Below are positions 25,601 to 35,364 of a DNA stretch of 64,000 bases, piece by piece (position 1 is the first letter of the stretch; each line of letters begins with the position of its first letter). Source of the DNA: Lingula anatina (taxonomy: Eukaryota > Animalia > Brachiopoda). The translations under genes and the position numbers were made by a program. The notes under the pieces were generated by a model. That model was given only the letters and a program-made list of their open reading frames with translations. It did no database searches and was not told the DNA's origin. The DNA is taken from contig JBPQGU010000016.1 of the NCBI GenBank assembly GCA_051362555.1, forward strand, positions 5,146,001 to 5,210,000, read 5' to 3'.

Positions 25601-28600
25601 ACACCACCACTCTTCCAGCACTTTATTCTTACTACAAATGACCGAACACACCTACCTGACACTATAACGAAGAAAAAAATTTTTCATCCCTACCTGGCCA
25701 AAATTGAAGAAATATCACAGTGCCGGCACTGATCAAAATCACTCAAAATCACCAAAAATCGACCCGTCTCAGATTTTTCCAAAAAGTGACGAAAATCAAT
25801 CTACCACACCTGTCATTCATAAAAAATGTGGAAACGCGCCCGGGTCACTTCATCAAGGTCCCCAATTCTAGCTTTAAAGATGATCCAAAAATGAGCTCTG
25901 AGAACAGAATCTGAGAGGGGGGGGGGAGACACAGTTTTTGCTCTATTTCTTCCTTAATGTTAACACCACCACTCTTCCAGCACTTTATTCTTACTACAAA
26001 TGACCGAACACACCTACCTGACACTATAACGAATAAAAAAATTTTTCATCCCTACCTGGCCAAAATTGAAGAAATCTCACAGTGCCAGCACTGATCAAAA
26101 TCACTCAAAATCACCAAAAATCGACCCGTCTCAGATTTTTCCAAAAAGTGACGAAAATCAATCTACCACACCTGTCATTCATAAAAAATGTGGAAACGAG
26201 CCCGGGTCACTTCATCAAGGCCCCCAATTCTAGCTTTAAAGATGATCCAAAAATGAGCTCTGAGAACAGAATCTGAGAGGGGGGGGGGGGGAGACACAGT
26301 TTTTGCTCTATTTCTTCCTTAATGATGACACCACCACTCTTCCAGCACTTTATTCTTACTACAAATGACCGAACACACCTACCTGACACTATAACGAAGA
26401 AAAAAATTTTTCATCCCTACCTGGCCAAAATTGAAGAAATCTCACAGTGCCGGCACTGATCAAAATCACTCAAAATCACCAAAAATCGACCCGTCTCAGA
26501 TTTTTCCAAAAAGTGACGAAAATCAATCTACCACACCTGTCATTCATAAAAAATGTGGAAATGCGCCCGGGTCACTTCATCAAGGCCCCCAATTCTAGCT
26601 TTAAAGATGATCCAAAAATGAGCTCTGAGAACAGAATCTGAGAGGGGGGGGGGAGACACAGTTTTTGCTCTATTTCTTCCTTAATGATAACACCACCACT
26701 CTTCCAGCACTTTATTCTTACTACAAATGACCGAACACACCTACCTGACACTATAACGAAGAAAAAAATTTTTCATCCCTACCTGGCCAAAATTGAAGAA
26801 ATCTCACAGTGCCAGCACTGATCAAAATCACTCAAAATCACCAAAAATCGACCCGTCTCAGATTTTTCCAAAAAGTGACGAAAATCAATCTACCACACCT
26901 GTCATTCATAAAAAATGTGGAAACGCGCCCGGGTCACTTCATCAAGGCCCCCAATTCTAGCTTTAAAGATGATCCAAAAATGAGCTCTGAGAACAGAATC
27001 TGAGAGGGGGGGGGGAGACACAGTTTTTGCTCTATTTCTTCCTTAATGATGACACCTCCACTCTTCCAGCACTTTATTCTTACTACAAATGACCGAACAC
27101 ACCTACCTGACACTATAACGAAGAAAAAAATTTTTCATCCCTACCTGGCCAAAATTGAAGAAATCTCACAGTGCCGGCACTGATCAAAATCACTCAAAAT
27201 CACCAAAAATCGACCCGTCTCAGATTTTTCCAAAAAGTGACGAAAATCAATCTACCACACCTGTCATTCATAAAAAATGTGGAAATGCGCCCGGGTCACT
27301 TCATCAAGGCCCCGAATTCTAGCTTTAAAGATGAGCCAAAAATGAGCTCTGTGAACAGAATCTGAGAGGGGGGGGGAGACACAGTTTTTGCTCTATTTCT
27401 TCCTTAATGATGACACCACCACTCTTCCAGCACTTTATTCTTACTACAAATGACCGAACACACCTACCTGACACTATAACGAAGAAAAAAATTTTTCATC
27501 CCTACCTGGCCAAAATTGAAGAAATCTCACAGTGCCGGCACTGATCAAAATTACTCAAAATCACCAAAAATCGACCCGTCTCAGATTTTTCCAAAAAGTG
27601 ACGAAAATCAATCTACCACACCTGTCATTCATAAAAAATTTGGAAACGCGCCCGGGTCACTTCATCAAGGCCCCCAATTCTAGCTTTAAAGATGATCCAA
27701 AAATGAGCTCTGAGAACAGAATCTGAGAGGGGGGGGGGAGACACAGTTTTTGCTCTATTTCTTCCTTAATGATGACACCCACCACCACTCTTCCAGCACT
27801 TTATTCTTACTACAAATGACCGAACACACCTACCTGACACTATAACGAAGAAAAAAATTTTTCATCCCTACCTGGCCAAAATTGAAGAAATCTCACAGTG
27901 CCGGCACTGATCAAAATCACTCAAAATCACCAAAAATCGACCCGTCTCAGATTTTTCCAAAAAGTGACGAAAATCAATCTACCACACCTGTCATTCATAA
28001 AAAATGTGGAAACGCGCCCGGGTCACTTCATCAAGGCCCCCAATTCTAGCTTTAAAGATGATCCAAAAATGAGCTCTGAGAGCAGAATCTGAGAGGGGGG
28101 GGGGGAGACACAGTTTTTGCTCTATTTCTTCCTTAATGATGGACACCACCACTCTTCCAGCACTTTATTCTTACTACAAATGACCGAACACACCTACCTG
28201 ACACTATAACGAAGAAAAAAATTTTCATCCCTACCTGCCAAAATTGAAGAAATCTCACAGTGCCGGCACTGATCAAAGTCACTCAAATTCACCAAAAATC
28301 GACCCGTCTCAGATTTTTCCAAAAAGTGACGAAAATCAATCTACCACACCTGTCATTCATAAAAAATGTGGAAACGCGCCCGGGTCACTTCATCAAGGCC
28401 CCCAATTACTAGCTTTAAAGATGATCCAAAAATGAGCTCTGAGAACAGAATCTGAGAGGGGGGGGGGGAGACACAGTTTTTGCTCTATTTCTTCCTTAAT
28501 GATGACACCACCACTCTTCCAGCACTTTATTCTTACTACAAATGACCGAACACACCTACCTGACACTATAACGAAGAAAAAAATTTTTCATCCCTACCTG

Positions 28601-31600
28601 GCCAAAATTGAAGAAATCTCACAGTGCCGGCACTGATCAAAATCACTCAAAATCACCAAAAATCGACCCGTCTCAGATTTTTCCAAAAGTGACGAAAATC
28701 AATCTACCACACCTGTCATTCATAAAAAATGTGGAAACGCGCCCGGGTCACTTCATCAAGGCCCCCAATTCTAGCTTTAAAGATGATCCAAAAATGAGCT
28801 CTGAGAACAGAATCTGAGAGGGGGGGGGGGGGGGAGACACAGTTTTTGCTCTATTTCTTCCTTAATGATGACACACACCACTCTTCCAGCACTTTATTCT
28901 TACTACAAATGACCGAACACACCTACCTGACACTATAACGAAGAAAAAAATTTTTCATCCCTACCTGGCCAAAATTGAAGAAATCTCACAGTGCCGGCAC
29001 TGATCAAAATCACTCAAAATCACCCAAAAATCGACCCGTCTCAGATTTTTCCAAAAAGTGACGAAATCAATCTACCACACCTGTCATTCATAAAAAATGT
29101 GGAAACGCGCCCGGGTCACTTCATCAAGGGCCCCCAATTCTAGCTTTAAAGATGATCCAAAAATGAGCTCTGAGAACAGAATCTGAGAGGGGGGGGGGAG
29201 ACACAGTTTTTGCTCTATTTCTTCCTTAATGATGACACCACCACTCTTCCAGCACTTTATTCTTACTACAAATGACCGAACACACCTACCTGACACTATA
29301 ACGAAGAAAAAAATTTTTCATCCCTACCTGGCCAAAATTGAAGAAATCTCACAGTGCCGGCACTGATCAAAATCACTCAAATCACCAAAAATCGACCCGT
29401 CTCAGATTTTTCCAAAAAGTGACGAAAATCAATCTACCACACCTGTCATTCATAAAAAATGTGGAACGCGCCCGGGTCACTTCATCAAGGCCCCCAATTC
29501 TAGCTTTAAAGATGATCCAAAATGAGCTCTGAGAACAGAATCTGAGAGGGGGGGGGGGGAGACACAGTTTTTGCTCTATTTCTTCCTTAATGATGACACA
29601 CCACTCTTCCAGCACTTTATTCTTACTACAAATGACCGAACACACCTACCTGACACTATAACGAAGAAAAAAATTTTTCATCCCTACCTGGCCAAAATTG
29701 AAGAAATCTCACAGTGCCGGCACTGATCAAAATCACTCAAAATCACCAAAAATCGACCCGTCTCAGATTTTTCCAAAAAGTGACGAAAATCAATCTACCA
29801 CACCTGTCATTCATAAAAAATGTGGAAACGCGCCCGGGTCACTTCATCAAGGCCCCCAATTCTAGCTTTAAAGATGATCCAAAAATGAGCTCTGAGAACA
29901 GAATCTGAGAGGGGGGGGGGGAGACACAGTTTTTGCTCTATTTCTTCCTTAATGATGACACCACCACTCTTCCAGCACTTTATTCTTACTACAAATGACC
30001 GAACACACCTACCTGACACTATAACGAAGAAAAAAATTTTTCATCCCTACCTGGCCAAAATTGAAGAAATCTCACAGTGCCGGCACTGATCAAAATCACT
30101 CAAAATCACCAAAAATCGACCCGTCTCAGATTTTTCCAAAAAGTGACGAAAATCAATCTACCACACCTGTCATTCATAAAAAATGTGGAAACGCGCCCGG
30201 GTCACTTCATCAAGGCCCCCAATTCTAGCTTTAAAGATGATCCAAAAATGAGCTCTGAGAACAGAATCTGAGAGGGGGGGGGGGAGACACAGTTTTTGCT
30301 CTATTTCTTCCTTAATGATGACACCACCACTCTTCCAGCACTTTATTCTTACTACAAATGACCGAACACACCTACCTGACACTATAACGAAGAAAAAAAA
30401 TTTTCATCCCTACCTGGCCAAAATTGAAGAAATCTCACAGTGCCGGCACTGATCAAAATCACTCAAAATCACCAAAAATCGACCCGTCTCAGATTTTTCC
30501 AAAAAGTGACGAAAATCAATCTACCACACCTGTCATTCATAAAAAATGTGGAAACGCGCCCGGGTCACTTCATCAAGGCCCCCAATTCTAGCTTTAAAGA
30601 TGATCCAAAAATGAGCTCTGAGAACAGAATCTGAGAGGGGGGGGGGAGACACAGTTTTTGCTCTATTTCTTCCTTAATGATGACACCACCACTCTTCCAG
30701 CACTTTATTCTTACTACAAATGACCGAACACACCTACCTGACACTATAACGAAGAAAAAAATTTTTCATCCCTACCTGGCCAAAATTGAAGAAATCTCAC
30801 AGTGCCGGCACTGATCAAAATCACTCAAAATCACCAAAAATCGACCCGTCTCAGATTTTTCCAAAAAGTGACGAAAATCAATCTACCACACCTGTCATTC
30901 ATAAAAAATGTGGAAAGGCGCCCGGGTCACTTCATCAAGGCCCCCAATTCTAGCTTTAAAGATGATCCAAAAATGAGCTCTGAGAACAGAATCTGAGAGG
31001 GGGGGGGGAGACACAGTTTTTGCTCTATTTCTTCCTTAATGATGACACCACCACTCTTCCAGCACTTTATTCTTACTACAAATGACCGAACACACCTACC
31101 TGACACTATAACGAAGAAAAAAATTTTTCATCCCTACCTGGCCAAAATTGAAGAAATCTCACAGTGCCGGCACTGATCAAAATCACTCAAAATCACCAAA
31201 AATCGACCCGTCTCAGATTTTTCCAAAAAGTGACGAAAATCAATCTACCACACCTGTCATTCATAAAAAATGTGGAAACGCGCCCGGGTCACTTCATCAA
31301 GGCCCCCAATTCTAGCTTTAAAGATGATCCAAAAATGAGCTCTGAGAACAGAATCTGAGAGGGGGGGGGGGAGACACAGTTTTTGCTCTATTTCTTCCTT
31401 AATGATGACACCACCACTCTTCCAGCACTTTATTCTTACTACAAATGACCGAACACACCTACCTGACACTATAACGAAGAAAAAAATTTTTCATCCCTAC
31501 CTGGCCAAAATTGAAGAAATCTCACAGTGCCGGCACTGATCAAAATCACTCAAAATCACCAAAAATCGACCCGTCTCAGATTTTTCCAAAAAGTGACGAA

Positions 31601-32212
31601 AATCAATCTACCACACCTGTCATTCATAAAAAATGTGGAAACGCGCCCGGGTCACTTCATCAAGGCCCCCAATTCTAGCTTTAAAGATGATCCAAAAATG
31701 AGCTCTGAGAACAGAATCTGAGAGGGGGGGGGGAGACACAGTTTTTGCTCTATTTCTTCCTTAATGATGACACCACCACTCTTCCAGCACTTTATTCTTA
31801 CTACAAATGACCGAACACACCTACCTGACACTATAACGAAGAAAAAAATTTTTCATCCCTACCTGGCCAAAATTGAAGAAATCTCACAGTGCCGGCACTG
31901 ATCAAAATCACTCAAAATCACCAAAAATCGACCCGTCTCAGATTTTTCCAAAAAGTGACGAAAATCAATCTACCACACCTGTCATTCATAAAAAATGTGG
32001 AAACGCGCCCGGGTCACTTCATCAAGGCCCCCAATTCTAGCTTTAAAGATGATCCAAAAATGAGCTCTGAGAACAGAATCTGAGAGGGGGGGGGGGGAGA
32101 CACAGTTTTTGCTCTATTTCTTCCTTAATGAGGACACCACCACTCTTCCAGCACTTTATTCTTACTACAAATGACCGAACACACCTACCTGACACTATAA
32201 CGAAGAAAAAAA

Positions 32213-33073
32213 TTGGTGCAACTAAATCTTGACTCTATTGCTTCTGTGACAAAATCATCTGGTGTAACTGGAAGAAAACCACCTTCAAAGAAGAAAAGAA
32301 CCAACAGCATGGAGTCGACAGAGAATCCAACTGCAGATGAACTCCGCACGATCCAGAATACTTTGGCAGAAATAAAAAATGAGATGATACGTAAATCTGA
32401 CGTTATGGAATTTCTGTCACAGCTTAAGATCGAAATAAAACAGGAACTAAAAGATGAATTTAAGAAAGAGTTGGAGCAAGATCTTAGGGCCAAGATAGCT
32501 GCTGAAACTGAAAAAGTTGACGCGTTGTGCCTAGAGACAGAATCACTGCGTGAAAAACTAACTAAACAGGCCTCTGAAATCAGAAAGTTAACTGAGAAGC
32601 TGGAAGAAAATAGTCGCCAAACAAGAGCTGCCATACAAATGGCGAACCATAATCAGCAATACTCACAAAAGAACAATATAAAATTTCTAAACTGGATTGA
32701 AAAACCCAAGGAAAACCTAAGGGCTGACCTCTGCAAGATTTTCAAGGAGAAGGTCAATGTAGACATTAACCCATCATCAATTTTAGCTATTCATCGGATC
32801 CCAGGCACTGCCGGCGGACCGCGGCCCGTTATTGCGAAATTTGTGAATACGGAATCGAAAATAGCCGTCATCAAACACAGGCAAGCTCTAAAAAACCATT
32901 TCCTTATGTACGATCACATTACTCGCTATAATGCAGAGTTAATTAGATCACTCAAAGAGAGAGAATCGGTGCACTCTGCATGGTATTTCAACGGAAGGGT
33001 TTTTGCAGTGGATATCAAAGGGCGCCGACAGAGATTCGACCTGTTCGATAACATTGACAACAAGCTGAGATGA
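32213..33073 (+). CDS. LINE ORF1 protein (coiled coil + RRM-like + C-terminal domain), probably 5'-truncated; first internal ATG at 32309
   Basis: 286-aa open frame. It has a basic KPPSKKKR stretch, a long heptad-like E/K/L-rich region, then NQQYSQKNNIKF, AIHRIPG...PRPVIAKF, DHIT, and SAWYFNG.VF. This layout is typical of ORF1 RNA-chaperone proteins of L1/Tx1/CR1-like elements. The TTG 'start' straddles the satellite junction. Confidence 0.85.
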   Translation: MVQLNLDSIASVTKSSGVTGRKPPSKKKRTNSMESTENPTADELRTIQNTLAEIKNEMIRKSDVMEFLSQLKIEIKQELKDEFKKELEQDLRAKIAAETEKVDALCLETESLREKLTKQASEIRKLTEKLEENSRQTRAAIQMANHNQQYSQKNNIKFLNWIEKPKENLRADLCKIFKEKVNVDINPSSILAIHRIPGTAGGPRPVIAKFVNTESKIAVIKHRQALKNHFLMYDHITRYNAELIRSLKERESVHSAWYFNGRVFAVDIKGRRQRFDLFDNIDNKLR

Positions 33074-33092
33074 CAATTTAACGTGTTAGCTT

Positions 33093-33098
33093 AATAAA
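33093..33098 (+). promoter_or_regulatory. Possible polyadenylation signal downstream of ORF1
   Basis: AATAAA about 20 nt after the ORF1 stop, followed further downstream by GT-rich sequence. Motif match only. Confidence 0.3.
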
Positions 33099-33382
33099 GA
33101 GCGGGGACTGTAGCGTGAACTGTATATAGTTAGTAGTTCAATGACAGTTAATACGTGTGCATGTGCATGTTGTTTCTCAATGCATCTGTGTGGTAGTCAT
33201 TTGACAGTGAGTGTGTGGCTGAGTGTGTGGATGTTGATAATTAGCTGTTTGGTTATACAATGCCACAATGTATTCCCTTATAGTGTGTTTTCTTTAGGTT
33301 ATCCTAGACTATTAAGCGTCTTTACACATGGGTCACATTATGCTAGACCCTGGTATATCACAGTAGAATGCAGGTTTATAAT

Positions 33383-33385
33383 TAT

Positions 33386-33418
<33 letters not shown>
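33383..33418. repeat. (TA)n/(TATATG) microsatellite in the LINE inter-ORF spacer
   Basis: TATATATATATGTATATGTATATATATATATATATA. Confidence 0.9.
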
Positions 33419-33438
33419 CCAGCATATGTATTTATACA

Positions 33439-33455
33439 CTTCTTTTCACTTTTAG
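33439..33455 (+). promoter_or_regulatory. Candidate 3' splice acceptor just upstream of the ORF2 ATG
   Basis: Pyrimidine tract ending in TAG (CTTCTTTTCACTTTTAG|AGCCGTATG), 6 nt before the ATG at 33462. Confidence 0.35.
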
Positions 33456-33461
33456 AGCCGT

Positions 33462-35246
33462 ATGAAGGACACGATAAACCCGATAAAGGTAGTCTCCTGT
33501 AATTGTCAAGGCCTGGGCACCCCGGAGAAGAGAAGAGATGTCCTAAATTTTTATAGAACTAAAAACTACCATATTTTGTGTTTGCAAGACACACATTTTA
33601 GCACAGAAGATGAGAAACGAGCAGTTTTAGAATGGGGTTACAAGGGTTACTTTAACTCCTTTTCTACAAATGCCCGAGGGGTGGCCATTCTAATTAATAA
33701 TAACTTCGAGTTTGAATTTTTTAAAGAACAAAAAACAAATGATGGCAATCTCTTAGCGTTGGATATTGGTATAAACAAAGTCCGATTTACTTTAATTAAC
33801 ATATATGGTCCTAATAGAGATAGCCCTGATTTCTACGAACAAATACGACAAACTATTGTCGATTTTAATAATGAAAACTTTATCATCTGTGGAGATTTTA
33901 ATCTCGTTTTAGACCCGGTGCTAGATTCAAGCAATTACCGTCATGTAAATAACCCCAGAGCAAGGAAGAAAGTAATTGAAATAATGAATGATCTTGATAT
34001 AATTGACTTTTTCAGAGTATTGTATCCAGGAGAAAGAAGGTTTACGTGGAGAAGAAGGAATCCGTTGAGGCAAGCTAGGCTCGATTTTTTCTTGATCGCC
34101 GATAACCTACAAAATTCTGTAAACAACATTTCTATAAATGCAGGTTACCGTTCTGACCACTCATCAATAATACTAGAACTAAAATTAAATAAATTCATCA
34201 AAGGCAGGGGGACTTGGATCTTTAATAATACTCTCTTAAATGACGTGGAATATGTAACTAAAATTAAGGAAACGATATTAAAAGTTAAGAGACAGTATAC
34301 AATCCCCGTATATAATTTGGAACATATAGAGGACATTCCGAACGAGTCTATTACCTTCATAATTGATGACTCGCTATTTTTTGAAACTCTTTTAATGGAA
34401 ATTAGAGGCGCGACTATATCATATTCCTCTTACAGAAATAAGCAATCCTGTAAACTCGAAAATGATTTGGAAAACTCAATAAATGAACTAGAAACTAATC
34501 CTCAATTCCAAGACATTTCAGATCTATTGGAAGCAAAAAAGACAGAATTGAAAAACATAAGACAGAAGAAACTAAAAGGTATCCTTTTGCGAGCAAAAGC
34601 AAGGTGGGTGGAAGAAGGTGAGAAGCCGACAAAATACTTCTGTTTTCTAGAATCTAGACATTACGTGAACAAAACTATACAAAATCTAGAACTGCAAGAC
34701 GGTACTGTTATTTTTGATCAAAAGGAAATACTTAATGAAGCTAAATTATTTTATGAGCGTCTGTATTCCTCAAAAAAAGAATTTGTAGAAAAAACTGATC
34801 TTCGAGTCCTTCTTGAGCAATTTAACGTGCCTAAATTAAATGATACCGAAAAAGAACTGCTACAGGGAGAAATCTCCAAGACAGAACTTCTTACAGTCCT
34901 AAAGAAAATGAAGAATAACAAATCTCCGGGTTCCGACGGTTTTACAACTGAGTTTTACAAATTTTTTTGGTCAGATTTGAAAGAATTTATGGTCAGAACG
35001 GTAAATGAAGTATTTCGTAAAGAAAGGTTACCAACTAGCCAGAAACTCGGCATTATTACTTGTATCCCGAAAGGGGACAAGAATAGAAAATTTTTACAAA
35101 ATTGGCGACCTATAACATTATTAAATGTATTTTATAAACTAATATCCGGATGTATAGCTGAACGAATGAAAACTGTATTAGACAAACTAATTTCCCCTTC
35201 TCAATCTGGGTTTTTAGCTGGCCGCTATATAGGAGAAAACACATAA
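33462..35246 (+). CDS. LINE ORF2 polyprotein (APE-type endonuclease + N-terminal part of reverse transcriptase), 3'-truncated; the stop codon is supplied by satellite B
   Basis: 594-aa open frame. Endonuclease motifs: SCNCQGL, LCLQDTH, NIYGPN, CGDFN, FTW, RLDFFLI, SDHS. Linker: WVEEGEKPTKYF. RT N-terminal motifs: KSPGSDG, YKFFW, NWRPITLLNVFYKLI, QSGFLAGRYIGEN. The DFEKAFD, QG.PLS and YADD motifs and the C-terminal domain are missing. TAA at 35244-35246 is satellite sequence. Confidence 0.95.
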   Translation: MKDTINPIKVVSCNCQGLGTPEKRRDVLNFYRTKNYHILCLQDTHFSTEDEKRAVLEWGYKGYFNSFSTNARGVAILINNNFEFEFFKEQKTNDGNLLALDIGINKVRFTLINIYGPNRDSPDFYEQIRQTIVDFNNENFIICGDFNLVLDPVLDSSNYRHVNNPRARKKVIEIMNDLDIIDFFRVLYPGERRFTWRRRNPLRQARLDFFLIADNLQNSVNNISINAGYRSDHSSIILELKLNKFIKGRGTWIFNNTLLNDVEYVTKIKETILKVKRQYTIPVYNLEHIEDIPNESITFIIDDSLFFETLLMEIRGATISYSSYRNKQSCKLENDLENSINELETNPQFQDISDLLEAKKTELKNIRQKKLKGILLRAKARWVEEGEKPTKYFCFLESRHYVNKTIQNLELQDGTVIFDQKEILNEAKLFYERLYSSKKEFVEKTDLRVLLEQFNVPKLNDTEKELLQGEISKTELLTVLKKMKNNKSPGSDGFTTEFYKFFWSDLKEFMVRTVNEVFRKERLPTSQKLGIITCIPKGDKNRKFLQNWRPITLLNVFYKLISGCIAERMKTVLDKLISPSQSGFLAGRYIGENT

Positions 35247-35331
35247 TATTGACACAACCACTCTTCCAGTACTTTATACTTACTACAAATGACCCAACAC
35301 ACCTACCGGTCACTAAAATGAAGAAAAAAAA

Positions 35332-35364
35332 ATTTCTTCCCTTTTTGGCCAAAATTGAAGAAAT
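35332..35364. repeat. 33-bp interrupted inverted repeat, one per B monomer (first copy shown)
   Basis: ATTTCTTC-CCT-TTTTGG|CCAAAA-TT-GAAGAAAT: a perfect 12-bp core plus perfect 8-bp outer arms. Confidence 0.85.

Larger units (their letters stand above)
1..32214. repeat. Tandem satellite array, subfamily A, ~362-bp monomer (~89 copies; continues past the left window edge)
   Basis: Continuous head-to-tail repetition of ...CAGTGCCGGCACTGATCAAAATCACTCAAAATCACC...GAATCTGAGA(G)nAGACACAG...; the period is mostly 360-367 bp, varying mainly with G-tract length. The array ends at ...CGAAGAAAAAAATT (32214). Confidence 0.98.
32215..35243 (+). mobile_element. Non-LTR retrotransposon (LINE, L1/Tx1-type) fragment, truncated at both 5' and 3' ends
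   Basis: Unique 3029-bp segment with ORF1 + spacer + ORF2 (APE endonuclease, linker, start of RT). It begins immediately after satellite A ...AAAAAAATT|GGTGCA and ends at ...GAAAACACA|TAATATTGAC, where satellite B starts. No poly(A) tail or TSD. Confidence 0.95.

Noticed and set aside
4-32083. Dozens of 60-117 aa ORFs in array A (MPALIKITQ..., MSGRCVRS...)
   Set aside because: They mostly use non-ATG starts, contain no recognisable domain, change frame with G-tract length, and are freely disrupted by stops and indels. They are by-products of the repeat.
1-32214. Tandem RNA-gene array (5S, tRNA, snRNA or SL RNA); Sm-site-like ATTTTTGG on the minus strand
   Set aside because: I recognised no 5S, tRNA, U-snRNA or SL sequence on either strand, and T-rich octamers are expected in A-tract DNA. 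An Infernal/Rfam scan of both consensuses would settle it.
32126-32214. Apparent ~90-bp target-site duplication (same monomer segment at 32126-32214 and 35244-35334)
   Set aside because: The two copies are the A and B versions with many differences. Overlap in register is expected for any two breakpoints in tandem arrays.
33141-33455. 104-aa spacer ORF as an independent gene
   Set aside because: It is a low-complexity translation of TG/TA-rich sequence (CACAC, IYIYIY). It is retained only as part of the speculative splice/read-through finding.
32185-34360. Antisense ORFs within the LINE (32185-32634, 33941-34129, 34145-34360)
   Set aside because: These are shadows of ORF1 and ORF2 with no recognisable motifs.
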